Shown in pieces: positions 37,810 to 48,382 of a stretch of 64,000 nt of DNA (positions are counted from its first letter, which is position 1; each line of letters begins with the position of its first letter). Source of the DNA: Candidatus Woesearchaeota archaeon (GTDB lineage: Archaea > Nanobdellota > Nanobdellia > Pacearchaeales > GW2011-AR1); the NCBI GenBank assembly GCA_964385425.1, contig CAYLOQ010000001.1, positions 86,602 through 150,601 of the forward strand, given 5' to 3'. The notes under the pieces are model-generated. The model saw only the letters and a program-made list of their open reading frames with translations, did no database searches and was not told where the DNA came from. A program made the translations under genes and the position numbers.

Positions 37810-38952
37810 TTAAGGCCCTGCACCCGGTGGTGCTGCTCCTGGCGTGAATCCTGGTCCCGGTCCTGGTCCTCTTGGTATTCGTCTAACATAATCTCTAGCT
37901 TTTGTATAGCCCAAATTTGCTGCTCCTTTTAATTGTTCTCCAGAAAAAACAAGAAGAATCCCTGTTACAAAATAAAACCCAGGCCCAAACACATCCCCTA
38001 TCTCTGGAGCAAAAGAGGTAAGATTATTAAAGAAGTCTATAACCGGAAGAAGTATAAGATCGTTCAAAAAGTCAAAAAAGATTATTCCAATTTCAGAGAA
38101 AGAGAGAAGAATAGCTAAGGAAGCTAAAAGAAAACCAATAACCTTCACATTAGGCGGAAATTCCCCGGGATTCTTTATTATTCTCTCAAATATATAAAAT
38201 CCAGAGAGAACTGAAAGAATTCCTAAAACAAGAGCGAGCCAAGAGATCCCAAAAAAATCATAGAGATCAAAAAAACCTATGAAAATAGTAATTAATCCTT
38301 CATTGATTCTAGTTGCAACAGGAGGCAATGTAAATAAAGGTAGAAGAACACCCAAAAACTTAGGGAGAATTCCTTTCACCTTCCACAACAAAAAGATTCC
38401 CATTAAAAGAGCTATTATAAAAAGAAAATAATTTGGATTTACCGCTCCAAATTTCTGAAGAACATTTGATATTCCAGAAGTTCCCCCACTTATCGAACCT
38501 GTAGTAATCCCTGCCAACAGAAGCAAAGCTCCGAGTATCTTATGGAGAACACCAACTCCAAATAATACCAAGAAAATCCCAAAAATTAATAGCAAAAAGG
38601 GTTTCCATACGGAATCATCCGCAATACCTGGAGTATCTCCTGCCAGACCAATCAAGGTAGAAATAAAACCACCACCCTTGACAAATATCAATAAGAACAA
38701 TAAAATAGCCGAGAAGAATATCACAAGGATTAAGAAGATCAATCTCCAATCAGACCATATTCTCTGAAGGAAAGTTTGAAATCCCCCTCCTCCAGAAGAC
38801 CTAAGATATTGAGCAGTAAAGATTATTATCCCTAAAACAAGTAAAATTAGAACCCCATAAAATGCAAATTTTATCAAACCTAAACCCCCCATAATCATTA
38901 AGATGACTCCTATAAAAATCGTCACACCCCTCGGATTTCCCACAAAAGCCAT
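37810..38952 (-). CDS. Polytopic membrane protein with Pro/Gly tail
   Basis: Many Gly-rich hydrophobic helices; GPGPGPG tail. Confidence 0.7.
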   Translation of the reverse strand: MAFVGNPRGVTIFIGVILMIMGGLGLIKFAFYGVLILLVLGIIIFTAQYLRSSGGGGFQTFLQRIWSDWRLIFLILVIFFSAILLFLLIFVKGGGFISTLIGLAGDTPGIADDSVWKPFLLLIFGIFLVLFGVGVLHKILGALLLLAGITTGSISGGTSGISNVLQKFGAVNPNYFLFIIALLMGIFLLWKVKGILPKFLGVLLPLFTLPPVATRINEGLITIFIGFFDLYDFFGISWLALVLGILSVLSGFYIFERIIKNPGEFPPNVKVIGFLLASLAILLSFSEIGIIFFDFLNDLILLPVIDFFNNLTSFAPEIGDVFGPGFYFVTGILLVFSGEQLKGAANLGYTKARDYVRRIPRGPGPGPGFTPGAAPPGAGP

Positions 38953-39039
38953 TTTCTTTTCTTTAATAAAACCCCAAAGAACTTTATAAAGATTTCTTTA
39001 CAAAGATACATTTATAAAAAACACCCCCTTAATCCAATT

Positions 39040-39444
39040 ATGCGGATTAAGAAACAAATATTAATGCCGATTACCGCATTATTCTTAATAAATTTTGTAA
39101 GTGCGTCTTTTCACTACTATAACCGTTTTTCTTTGAGGGAATTGTTATACAGGATAGATTCTTCAACAATGTTCCTAGGTGTCATGTTTATAATCTCATT
39201 TGCACTTATTTTCATGAGTTTATCTAGAGTTTTAAAAGACCCATATGGGAGACCGAACACAACTATTGCAGCTGTTATTGCTCTTTCAATTTCTGGATTG
39301 ATAATATATAGCCTTAATAGAACCTATATCGATGTTGAATATTTTTTCTATAAGATTTATTATTCTGGTTATTTTTTTGGGGTAGCCGGCATATTGCTTT
39401 TTGTTCTTATAATTTATCTTATTTCAAAATTAGTTAAAAAATAA
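39040..39444 (+). CDS. Membrane protein
   Basis: 3-4 hydrophobic segments. Confidence 0.65.
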   Translation: MRIKKQILMPITALFLINFVSASFHYYNRFSLRELLYRIDSSTMFLGVMFIISFALIFMSLSRVLKDPYGRPNTTIAAVIALSISGLIIYSLNRTYIDVEYFFYKIYYSGYFFGVAGILLFVLIIYLISKLVKK

Positions 39445-39451
39445 CCATAAA

Positions 39452-40495
39452 TTAATCAAACCACCCTTCAAGATTTTTCTGTTTTTTCTTATCTGCTAAA
39501 TCCCTTAACTTATCCAACTGCTTATCAACCCTCTCTTCAGAGAAATCGTGTTCTTCAACCAGAATTTTCTTAATTTTCTCTTCATCAACCTTCTCGAAAT
39601 TGAAATCAGCATTAACTACATTTGGCTTATGAAAGAGTTCAAAAATTTCTTGCCAGTCAAACCTATCTTCTTCCTTAAGAATCATGAGCTGTTCTTCAAC
39701 ACTCTTAAAAATCAGGACAGGCTGCTTATAGGTCTTAACAATTTGTAATGCTCTTTTCTGCCCTATTCCTGGAAGCCCCTTAGGATTGTAATCTGTTCCT
39801 ACAAGTATGCCTAAACATATCAGCTGATCTAGATTTATTTCTAAAAAATTCAAAACTTTCTCTAACTCTATCAACTCTGGCCTTGTTTCAACCCAACCAG
39901 TTACAGTTTTCCTTTTCCTTGAAAGAGCAAGATTTCTGATAAGTATTGGTGCACCAAACAGCAGACTATCATAATCCTGACTCACGCTTGCATAAACATC
40001 TGATTTAACCCTTGATAAGTACGCTGCCTCTGCTTCTCCTTCTCCAGGTGCCTGCACGACAGCCACACCCATTGCTTCTAAAAGTTCTTTACTCTCTTCA
40101 ATCATTTCCTCATCTAGCCTTATGAGCTGACTGCCATATCTCCTCATTGCTTCGAAATCTTCTTCTTGTTTTGCTCCTTCATACCTCCCCCGTGCAAGTT
40201 CTCTCCCTTCTTCCCTGATTTTATGAGTTCCTTTTTTCTGCTCAGGCGGCTTTCCATCAAAAACATAAACTAGTTTTATTCCTTCTGCCAAAAGATTAAT
40301 GTTTCTATAAAAAATTCCAGAAAGATGGCTGGTAACCCTCTTCTTATTATCCATTAATGGTGTTGAATCTGGCTGTCTGATGGTGGACAAAAACTGATAG
40401 AGCATATTGTAAGCGTCCACACAAACAAGTTTCCCATTCAATTCAGATATTTCTATCTCTCTACGCGGAATTATCTCCCTAATGTTTAATCCCAT
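39452..40495 (-). CDS. fen: Flap endonuclease 1
   Basis: VDAYN.LYQFL, TSHLSG, VFDG, EGEAEAA, SQDYDSLLFG, GTDYN, C-terminal PIP box QKNLEGWF. Confidence 0.97.
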   Translation of the reverse strand: MGLNIREIIPRREIEISELNGKLVCVDAYNMLYQFLSTIRQPDSTPLMDNKKRVTSHLSGIFYRNINLLAEGIKLVYVFDGKPPEQKKGTHKIREEGRELARGRYEGAKQEEDFEAMRRYGSQLIRLDEEMIEESKELLEAMGVAVVQAPGEGEAEAAYLSRVKSDVYASVSQDYDSLLFGAPILIRNLALSRKRKTVTGWVETRPELIELEKVLNFLEINLDQLICLGILVGTDYNPKGLPGIGQKRALQIVKTYKQPVLIFKSVEEQLMILKEEDRFDWQEIFELFHKPNVVNADFNFEKVDEEKIKKILVEEHDFSEERVDKQLDKLRDLADKKKQKNLEGWFD

Positions 40496-40538
40496 TTGTC
40501 TTATATATTATAGATACAAGAAATATAAATAATTATGG

Positions 40539-40952
40539 TTAATTTAATTTAACTTTTAAAACAGGAGAATCTTCTGGGAATAATTTCAATAAGGGTGAAT
40601 TTTCAGGAAGTCCATCTATTTGAATACAAACTCTTTCATTTAGCCGATCTCTCTCAAATCCCTGTTTCATTTCTCTAAGAGTTCCTATATTTCTAAGTAT
40701 GGCTCTTTCATAATGATCAAATTGATCAACTATTCCAGAAGAACTTGCTAGAAGTCTTTCTGCTACCCTATATAATTGCCTTTCAGAAACATCTTCAACA
40801 GGGACCCAATTAAGGGTACTATAACAAACATGGACGAGTCTCAATTGATCGTCATAGGGCATAGCCTCCATATTTACTCCATGAAACATTCTATCAATTT
40901 CAATTGCTCGTCTTACACTTCTAACAGGCAGTTCTCCTATACTCTTTACCAT
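40539..40952 (-). CDS. Hypothetical protein
   Basis: ORF between fen and polB; start chosen at MVKSIG. Confidence 0.55.
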   Translation of the reverse strand: MVKSIGELPVRSVRRAIEIDRMFHGVNMEAMPYDDQLRLVHVCYSTLNWVPVEDVSERQLYRVAERLLASSSGIVDQFDHYERAILRNIGTLREMKQGFERDRLNERVCIQIDGLPENSPLLKLFPEDSPVLKVKLN

Positions 40953-41027
40953 AAAATAACCTTCAAATAAGGATATATAAAGCTTACTGATATCAAGATT
41001 TAAATAATTAAAACTCTTTTTCATAGA

Positions 41028-43517
41028 ATGATAACCTTGGATTTCATCCCGATAGATTATGACTATTTTGACTTTGAAGGAAGGAACTATGCAAAGATTA
41101 TCGGAAGAAATAGCAATGGAAAAAGGGTCTGTGTAATTGATTCCTGTCCTGTATATCTCTGGGCTATCTTAAAAAGCGGATTAAAACAAGGTAAGATAAA
41201 CAAACTTATCAAAAAAATAAAAAAGATAAAACTGGACTCCAAGGGAAGGCAGACAAAAGTTGAAGATGTGGAATTACACGAGAAAAATTTCATGGGTAAG
41301 AAGGTGGAGGCACTCAAGGTATTCGCCACAAACTACAAAGATTTACATGATATTGCCGATAAACTGGGGATAAGTGAGATAAAAAACAGGAGGGGATATG
41401 ATTTAGGTTTTATAACTCATTACATAATAGAGAAAAAGATAAACCCGCTCTGTTGGTATGAAATCTCTGGATCTGTGTTAAACAATTCTCAAGAGTTTGG
41501 GGGAGTTGATATGGGATTGGATGTTGATCTCTGTATAAAACTATCATCGTCAAAGAAGATAGCCGATGCCGACAAAAGACTGGGATTCAAACCAAAAACG
41601 ATGGCCTATGATATCGAAACAGATGATTTAAAAATTGGGGAAGGAGAAATTTTAATGATATCTCTTGTCTCAGAAGATTTCAAAAAAGTAATAACCTGGA
41701 AAACAAGTGCTGGAAAAAAACCAGGCTTTGTAGAGTATGTGAAGGACGAAGCAGAATTACTAGAGAAATTCGTGGAATATGTAAGGGAGGTTTCCCCTGA
41801 CTTCCTTGTTGGATATTTCTCAGATGGCTTTGACCTCCCATATATAAAAGCAAGAGCTGAAAAACACAGGGTGGATTTAGCCCTAGGTTTAGATGACAGC
41901 CAGCCAAGATTCTCTAGAGGGGTAAACCTCACTGGAAAAATCAAGGGAATCGTCCATGTGGATATTCTAAAATTCATAAGAACTGCATATTCACAATACA
42001 TGCAATCAGAAACCCTTTCTCTTAACGAAGTATCCAAAGAATTTTTAGGGGACACCAAAAAGGAGTTTAAGATAAAACATTCTTCAAAGCTACACGATAA
42101 TGACTGGGAAGAATATTATGAGTATAACTTACACGATTCTATTTTAACTCTCGGTTTGTTTGAAAAGTTCTGGCCAGATCTTGTAGAATTCTCAAGAGTA
42201 ATACAGGAACCTATTTTTGATATCTCCAGAAACGGCCTTTCCAAACAAGTAGAAGGTTATATTTTACATAATCTAGAAAGGTTCAACGAGATTCCAGAAA
42301 AAAGACCAACCCATGAGGAAATAGGAGAGAGAAGACACAGGGAAAAAGTAGAGGGAGCATTTGTCCTGGAACCCCGGCCAGGACTCTATGAAGAAATAGC
42401 TATGTTTGATTTTACCTCAATGCATACCAGCATAATAATCTCCATGAATATATCAAAATCAACCCTTCTCCATAAAAAAGAAAAAAATGCTTATGAGTCC
42501 CCTGAACTAGAATTAAAAGGAGAAAAAACAAGGTTTTATTTTTCAAAAAAACAAGGGTTCATCCCTTCCTTACTCAAAGATATTTTGGAAAAAAGGAGGA
42601 AGTTCAAGGACGAATACAAAAAAAATCCAAACCAAATAACTTTGGCAAGAAGCAATGCATTCAAACTTCTTTCTGCCTCTGTCCACGGCTATATTGGATT
42701 CTTTGGTGCTAGGTATTATTCCATAGAATCAGCTGCATCAATATTAGCCTTTGTCAGAAAATTTAACAAAGAAATAATAGATAAGGTGAGGAAAGCAGGC
42801 CACGAAGTTATTTATGGGGACACAGACAGTATTGCGTTTTTAATTGGAAGAAAAACAAAAACAGATGTAAAAAAACTCCTAGAAAAACTCAATTCAGAGC
42901 TTCCAGGAGTAATGGAACTAGAATTAGAAGACTTTTACAAAAGAGGGATCTGGGTAACAAAAAGGACAGGGACACTTGGAGCAAAAAAGAAATACGCTTT
43001 AATAGGAAGAGATAAGAAAATAAAAATAAGGGGATTTGAAACAGTCAGGAGGGACTGGTGCGCCTTGGCCAGAAATGTCCAGAATAAAGTGATACGATTG
43101 ATCTTATCAGATGGAAACGAAAAAAAAGCCCTAAAATATGTAAAGGATATAACTAAAAAACTCAAAAATAGGGAGATAAACAGAGAAGATCTAATAATAA
43201 AAACAGTTCTTCAAAAACCACTTTCAGAGTACAAAGCAATCTCACCACATGTAATTGCTGCACGAAAGATGCTAGAAAAACAAATCCCAATAGGTCAAGG
43301 TAGCCTCATAGAATATTTTATAGCTGAAACCAGAGATAAGAAAAAGAAACTTGTAAGGGATAAGGTAAAGCTCCCGGAAGAAAAGGGGGAATATGACATA
43401 AATTATTACTTGGATAGACAAATTCTTCCTGCGGTTGAAAATATTTTTCAAGTTTTTGACATAAATACCAGAGAAGTCATTGAAGGAAAAAAGCAAATGA
43501 AGTTGGGTGATTTCTAA
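41028..43517 (+). CDS. polB: Family B DNA polymerase
   Basis: Exo YDIET, FSDGFD, YNLHD; Pol DFTSMHTSII, KLLSASVHGY, YGDTDS, KKKYA, GFETVRRDW; PIP box QMKLGDF. Confidence 0.95.
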   Translation: MITLDFIPIDYDYFDFEGRNYAKIIGRNSNGKRVCVIDSCPVYLWAILKSGLKQGKINKLIKKIKKIKLDSKGRQTKVEDVELHEKNFMGKKVEALKVFATNYKDLHDIADKLGISEIKNRRGYDLGFITHYIIEKKINPLCWYEISGSVLNNSQEFGGVDMGLDVDLCIKLSSSKKIADADKRLGFKPKTMAYDIETDDLKIGEGEILMISLVSEDFKKVITWKTSAGKKPGFVEYVKDEAELLEKFVEYVREVSPDFLVGYFSDGFDLPYIKARAEKHRVDLALGLDDSQPRFSRGVNLTGKIKGIVHVDILKFIRTAYSQYMQSETLSLNEVSKEFLGDTKKEFKIKHSSKLHDNDWEEYYEYNLHDSILTLGLFEKFWPDLVEFSRVIQEPIFDISRNGLSKQVEGYILHNLERFNEIPEKRPTHEEIGERRHREKVEGAFVLEPRPGLYEEIAMFDFTSMHTSIIISMNISKSTLLHKKEKNAYESPELELKGEKTRFYFSKKQGFIPSLLKDILEKRRKFKDEYKKNPNQITLARSNAFKLLSASVHGYIGFFGARYYSIESAASILAFVRKFNKEIIDKVRKAGHEVIYGDTDSIAFLIGRKTKTDVKKLLEKLNSELPGVMELELEDFYKRGIWVTKRTGTLGAKKKYALIGRDKKIKIRGFETVRRDWCALARNVQNKVIRLILSDGNEKKALKYVKDITKKLKNREINREDLIIKTVLQKPLSEYKAISPHVIAARKMLEKQIPIGQGSLIEYFIAETRDKKKKLVRDKVKLPEEKGEYDINYYLDRQILPAVENIFQVFDINTREVIEGKKQMKLGDF

Positions 43518-44125
43518 TGAAAACAAAAGAACTAATTCACGAATTAAAACACCATCTTCCACTTACAGCATCTGCGACTATTCTTGCCCTTGTCGTTGTA
43601 TTAATCATTGATTATTACCTAAAACAGAACTTATCTGAATCTTTTTTCGATATTTTACACCCCCTCCACATCTTTGCTTCTGCAATCGTTGCATCAACAA
43701 TTTTTTATAAATACAAACCAAAAATAATAAATGCGCTAGTGGTTGGAATAGTGGGAGCGATATTAATCGGAAGCTTTAGCGATGTTTTACTCCCTTGGGC
43801 TGGAGGAAATTTATTAGGTTTAAAGACTGTATTCCATCTTCCCTTGATAGAAAGCCCATATTTAATTCTGTTTTCAGCCCTTTTTGGAGGTGCTATAGGA
43901 ATAAAGACCAGAATAACTAAAATTCCTCATTTCGTCCATGTTTTCCTTTCTGTATTTGCAAGCCTGTTCTATTTGATAGCATTCAGCACAGGAATGACAG
44001 TCTTCCATTTTTTCGTGGCTTTTTTCATAGTATTGATTGCGGTGGTAATCCCTTGTTGTATAGGGGATATAATTCTCCCATTCTTCTTCCTCGGAAAGAA
44101 AATCAAAGGATGCAATTGCCAATGA
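43517..44125 (+). CDS. His/Cys-motif membrane protein, possible metal transporter
   Basis: About 6 TM with HELKHH, HPLH, HFVH, PCC..D. Confidence 0.65.
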   Translation: MKTKELIHELKHHLPLTASATILALVVVLIIDYYLKQNLSESFFDILHPLHIFASAIVASTIFYKYKPKIINALVVGIVGAILIGSFSDVLLPWAGGNLLGLKTVFHLPLIESPYLILFSALFGGAIGIKTRITKIPHFVHVFLSVFASLFYLIAFSTGMTVFHFFVAFFIVLIAVVIPCCIGDIILPFFFLGKKIKGCNCQ

Positions 44126-45183
44126 ACCAAAAAAAAACTCCTGAACCAAAACCCCTCTTCGTTGAGAGGATGAAAGAACTTCTTGGAAATGATTTTGAAT
44201 CTTATCTAGAAATCTTAAAGCGAGAGCCTGTAAGATCTATCAGAGCAAACAAACTAAAGATTTCTCCAGAAGAATTAAAAAAAAGGCTGGAAAAAAAAGG
44301 CTGGAAAATAAATCAGCCATTTAAAGAACATAAAGAAATAATGGTTGTTGAAGGTAAGTCAATCAGCCATGAGCAGAAACTTGAAGGAAGGTTGAATGTT
44401 AAGGAAACCTTGGTTTCCTTACAGCCAGGAGAACTCGGAAGAACCCTTGAACACTTATTGGGTTATTATTATATCCAAGAATTGGCGAGCATGCTTCCAA
44501 TCATCGCCTTGAGACCAGAACCAAATCAATTAGTCTTAGATCTTTGCTCTGCTCCAGGAAGCAAGACAACGCAGATGGCTGCAGAGATGAGAAATACAGG
44601 GACTGTAATCGCAAATGAAATTAGTTTAAAGAGAATAAAAATTCTAGCATCAAACATGGAGAGGTGCGGTGTTATGAATGCGATAATAACAAAAAAAGAA
44701 GGCTTGGCTCTCTGTAAAAAACTGAAAGAAGCAAATCTAAAGGAGGTTGATGGTCAAGGAAACTTGGTTCCTTACCTGTTTGATAAAATTCTAGTAGATG
44801 CTCCTTGCTCTGGAGAAGGGACCCTAAGAAGCTCACCAAAAACATACAAAATGTGGAATATAAATACAATAAGAAAACTTTCAAGAATACAAAAAAGCCT
44901 TCTTCGTTCAGCCATTGATATTCTAAAACCAGGGGGAGAACTAGTTTACAGCACCTGCACACATTCACCAGAAGAAAACGAAGAAGTCATTGATTCTGTT
45001 TTGAAAGAATTTAGAAACAAGATAAAAATAGAACAAATTTCTCTTCCCGTGCAATCAAGACCCGGAATTAAAAAATGGAAGGATCGGGAGTACTTAGAAG
45101 ACGTTAAACTTGCCTGCAGGATTTATCCCCAAGACAACGATACAGAAGGATTTTTTATTGCCAAGTTTAGGAGGGTAAAATGA
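44122..45183 (+). CDS. NOL1/NOP2/RsmB-family RNA m5C methyltransferase
   Basis: YYIQELASM, LDLCSAPGSKT, ILVDAPCSGEG, VYSTCT...ENE, GFFIAK. Confidence 0.95.
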   Translation: MNQKKTPEPKPLFVERMKELLGNDFESYLEILKREPVRSIRANKLKISPEELKKRLEKKGWKINQPFKEHKEIMVVEGKSISHEQKLEGRLNVKETLVSLQPGELGRTLEHLLGYYYIQELASMLPIIALRPEPNQLVLDLCSAPGSKTTQMAAEMRNTGTVIANEISLKRIKILASNMERCGVMNAIITKKEGLALCKKLKEANLKEVDGQGNLVPYLFDKILVDAPCSGEGTLRSSPKTYKMWNINTIRKLSRIQKSLLRSAIDILKPGGELVYSTCTHSPEENEEVIDSVLKEFRNKIKIEQISLPVQSRPGIKKWKDREYLEDVKLACRIYPQDNDTEGFFIAKFRRVK

Positions 45184-45698
45184 ACTACAATAAGATTCTC
45201 ATAGTTGGGGGAATAGGTTCTGGAAAAACTACTTTAGCAAATAAAATTACAAAAATTCTAAAGATAAGGAACTATGAAATAGATAATATTGCATATAAAA
45301 CTAGGGATGTCTGGGTTAAATCTGATTATCCAGAAAGAAAGAAAAAATTAAATAAAATCTTTAAAAGAAAAACCTGGATTCTTGAAGGCTTTTACTCAAC
45401 ACCTTGGACACACCCCATTTACAAAAAAGCTGATTTAGTAATAATCTTAGAGGTAAAAAAAACAAAAGCCAAAATTAGGGTGTTCAAAAGATTCTTAAAA
45501 AGAAAATTCCTCATGAAGAAAAATAAAAAAATTAATAAAAGTCTTAAAGGCATGATTAAAATTATTAAGCACATACATCTGGAGAGGTATGAGAAAAAGA
45601 TAAAGAGAATAAAAAGAGTATCCAAAAAACATTCTAAAAAATACATAATTTTAAAAAATAAAAAAGAAATAAAAGAATTCATCAAAAAATTAAAATGA
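45180..45698 (+). CDS. P-loop NTPase (adenylate-kinase/FlaR-like)
   Basis: ILIVGGIGSGKTT, WILEG, ADLVIIL. Confidence 0.8.
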   Translation: MNYNKILIVGGIGSGKTTLANKITKILKIRNYEIDNIAYKTRDVWVKSDYPERKKKLNKIFKRKTWILEGFYSTPWTHPIYKKADLVIILEVKKTKAKIRVFKRFLKRKFLMKKNKKINKSLKGMIKIIKHIHLERYEKKIKRIKRVSKKHSKKYIILKNKKEIKEFIKKLK

Positions 45699-46102
45699 AA
45701 CCTGAAAAAAATCCTTATGAAAATCAAAAAGAAGTTTATGATAAATTTCTAGAATTTATATCCCCATTCTTAAAAGGAGAAGAAATAGAGGAAGCTTATT
45801 TATGGGGGAGTTTAGCAGATGGTACATTTGGAAGATATGTAGAAGAATATCACAATCGTCTAGTAAGTGATGTTGATTTGGTAATTTTTCTTAAAAAAGA
45901 TGCGAGCATACCAAAAACATGGAAAAACTTGAGAGATTACCATTCATGGTTCGATGTATATAAAAATAAAAAGTTCAGAAAATTTGAATATAGTGGAAGC
46001 CACCACCCTGTAGATTTATTAGTAGCGCATAAAGACAGAAGTATAAAAGATTTAGAAAAAGATAATGCTAAAGTTAATAAAAAGTTCAGAAAATTAAAAT
46101 GA
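45695..46102 (+). CDS. Minimal nucleotidyltransferase (Pol beta superfamily)
   Basis: AYLWGSLADG...SDVDLVI...VDL. Confidence 0.8.
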   Translation: MKPEKNPYENQKEVYDKFLEFISPFLKGEEIEEAYLWGSLADGTFGRYVEEYHNRLVSDVDLVIFLKKDASIPKTWKNLRDYHSWFDVYKNKKFRKFEYSGSHHPVDLLVAHKDRSIKDLEKDNAKVNKKFRKLK

Positions 46103-46566
46103 ATTGGCTAAAAATCTTAAACAAGAACGAGAAAAGAGAAATAGAAAATCAACTGAAAAAACAGTTTGGAATCTCTAAGGTCCCAGGAATAATTGTTCAG
46201 AGGGGGGAAGGCAGACTCTTTCTTTTCACAGGAGATTTCAATAAAAAACAAATAAAACAACTAGAAAATATGATTATAATTGAACGGCTCGGTATCTATT
46301 TTGCAAGAACTTTTGGCAATGAGGTTAGATTGAGCATTGAGGGAGCTCAGGCTTTAAAAAGCCAGATAAAGAAAAATATCTTTTCTTTGGATTCCAAACA
46401 AGCAGAAGAATGGATGAAAGGCCAGGAACTTCCTGTAAAAACAGGGAAACACGGGTTCCTCGCCATGAAGTACAAAGATGATTTTCTTGGAACAGGAAAA
46501 GCATCAGAAGAAAAAATAGGAAACTTCATCCCAAAATCAAGAAGACTTAAAAACAAGGAAAATTAG
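46099..46566 (+). CDS. NIP7/RsmF C-terminal PUA-like protein
   Basis: RLGIYF...RLSIEG.Q...WMKGQEL...DFLGTG...NFIPKSRR. Confidence 0.7.
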   Translation: MNWLKILNKNEKREIENQLKKQFGISKVPGIIVQRGEGRLFLFTGDFNKKQIKQLENMIIIERLGIYFARTFGNEVRLSIEGAQALKSQIKKNIFSLDSKQAEEWMKGQELPVKTGKHGFLAMKYKDDFLGTGKASEEKIGNFIPKSRRLKNKEN

Positions 46567-46574
46567 AGAGAAAG

Positions 46575-47084
46575 ATGGAAACAAAAAACATTATATTCAT
46601 GGACGGAGAGTTTGCAAAGCTAAAACCAGATGGAATTGATTTATTATCAATAGCCTTAATCAAACCAGGTGGAGAAGAACTTTATCTAGAAATAGAATTT
46701 ACTAGGGAAATAAGTCCTTGGGTAAAGGAAAATGTATTGCCTAATCTTAAACAAGAAAAAGTATCAAAAGAGAAAGCAGCAGAATTAATTAAAAATTTTG
46801 TTGGAGATGAAAAACCCTATTTAATCTCTTATGTAAATCAATTTGATTGGATGGGGGTTTGCAATTTATTTAACGTAAAAAATGTGGATGATATCTCAAA
46901 ATTACCTTTTTTCTGGGCACCTATAGATTTTGCAAGTGTTCTATTTGAAAAAGGAATTGAACCAACGAAAAATCCAATAGAGATTGCACAAAAATATGAT
47001 ATAGATGTCTCAGATATAAAAGAACATAACGCATTAGATGATGTTAGATTACTAAAAAAGATATATGATAAGGTCATAAAATGA
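46575..47084 (+). CDS. DEDDh 3'-5' exonuclease
   Basis: FMDGEF, QFDW, HNALDD. Confidence 0.85.
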   Translation: METKNIIFMDGEFAKLKPDGIDLLSIALIKPGGEELYLEIEFTREISPWVKENVLPNLKQEKVSKEKAAELIKNFVGDEKPYLISYVNQFDWMGVCNLFNVKNVDDISKLPFFWAPIDFASVLFEKGIEPTKNPIEIAQKYDIDVSDIKEHNALDDVRLLKKIYDKVIK

Positions 47085-47269
47085 ACAAAGAAGATAAATT
47101 ACACATGAAATTCAATCCTGGACTACAAAAATACGAACCATCCTTGCCATTAAGAAAAACAGGAAAAGAAGTCAAAGTAAAAATGGATTTAAAAGATATA
47201 ATAATAGGAATAATTATCTTGATATTAATAGTAGTATTTATGCTAGTAATAAAAAATTATTATCTATAA
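47081..47269 (+). CDS. Small tail-anchored membrane protein
   Basis: ATGA overlap with the upstream gene; C-terminal TM. Confidence 0.55.
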   Translation: MNKEDKLHMKFNPGLQKYEPSLPLRKTGKEVKVKMDLKDIIIGIIILILIVVFMLVIKNYYL

Positions 47270-47273
47270 AAAC

Positions 47274-48149
47274 ATGGAAACAGAAAAAATTCTTCAGGCA
47301 GGAAAAATTGTATCGCAGGTAAAAAGTTATGCGAAGTCTATTGTTAAAAAAGACACTCCTTTGTTAGAGATAGCTGAAAAAATAGAGGCAAAGATAGAAG
47401 AACTTGGAGGAAAAAACGCGTTCCCTGTAAATCTTAGCATAAATGAAATTGCTGCACATTACACACCAAGCCATGATGATATTTCAATGGCTCGTGGTTT
47501 ATTGAAAGTTGACTTCGGTGTCCATATTGATGGGTGGCTCGCAGATAACGCATTCTCTCTTGACCTAGAAGACTCTGAAGAAAATAAAAAACTCATAGAA
47601 GCTGCTGAAAAAGCCTTGGAAAATGCCCTTAATATTGTTAAGACTAACATTCCAGCAAATGAAATAGGGAAAACAATCCAGGAAACAATAGAATCTTATG
47701 GATTTTCTCCTGTAGTAAACCTATCAGGTCATAGCATGGAACAACATAACTTACACGCAGGAATAACAATTCCAAATATAGATGATAAAAGAAACATTCC
47801 ATTAAAAAAAGGATTTTACGCGATAGAGCCTTTTGCAACCCCTGGAAGTGGAAGAGTTCATGATGGAAAACCTTCTGGGATTTACGAGCTCATTTCTGAG
47901 AAAAACGTGAGAAGTCCTATTGCCCGTGAAGTCCTTGAGTTCATAGAAAAAGAATATGAAACATTGCCTTTCTGCTCTAGATGGATTGTAAAAAAACTTG
48001 GAAGAAGGGCTTTGTTTGGCTTAAAACAACTGGAGGATAACGGAAACTTAAATCAGTTTGCACAACTCATAGAATCATCACGCAGCAAAGTCAGTCAAGC
48101 AGAGCACACAATTCTGATAGAAAATAAGGTTACTATAACGACAGAGTAG
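47274..48149 (+). CDS. map: Methionine aminopeptidase type II
   Basis: AFPVNLSINEIAAHYTP, KVDFGVHIDG..AD, LSGH, AIEPFAT, QAEHT. Confidence 0.96.
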   Translation: METEKILQAGKIVSQVKSYAKSIVKKDTPLLEIAEKIEAKIEELGGKNAFPVNLSINEIAAHYTPSHDDISMARGLLKVDFGVHIDGWLADNAFSLDLEDSEENKKLIEAAEKALENALNIVKTNIPANEIGKTIQETIESYGFSPVVNLSGHSMEQHNLHAGITIPNIDDKRNIPLKKGFYAIEPFATPGSGRVHDGKPSGIYELISEKNVRSPIAREVLEFIEKEYETLPFCSRWIVKKLGRRALFGLKQLEDNGNLNQFAQLIESSRSKVSQAEHTILIENKVTITTE

Positions 48150-48351
48150 GTTGATATTCGTTTATTTTTGATTGTAAAAAATCTCTTGCAAAAAAGTTAG
48201 TAAAACTAGGAAGAATACGTTCTGCCATTTCTAGATAAAAATACCTAATATTTTCTGTCCTACCTTCAACCTCAACTGAACAGGGATTTTCGATATGCGT
48301 GGCTAACATCATTGCAACTTCCATATTTGAAATCCTTTGTGTTCTTCCCAT
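48133..48351 (-). CDS. Small hypothetical protein
   Basis: 72-aa ORF downstream of cdc48. Confidence 0.5.
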   Translation of the reverse strand: MGRTQRISNMEVAMMLATHIENPCSVEVEGRTENIRYFYLEMAERILPSFTNFFARDFLQSKINEYQPTLSL

Positions 48352-48382
48352 AAAATTTCTTCATGAATTATTTATATAAATC

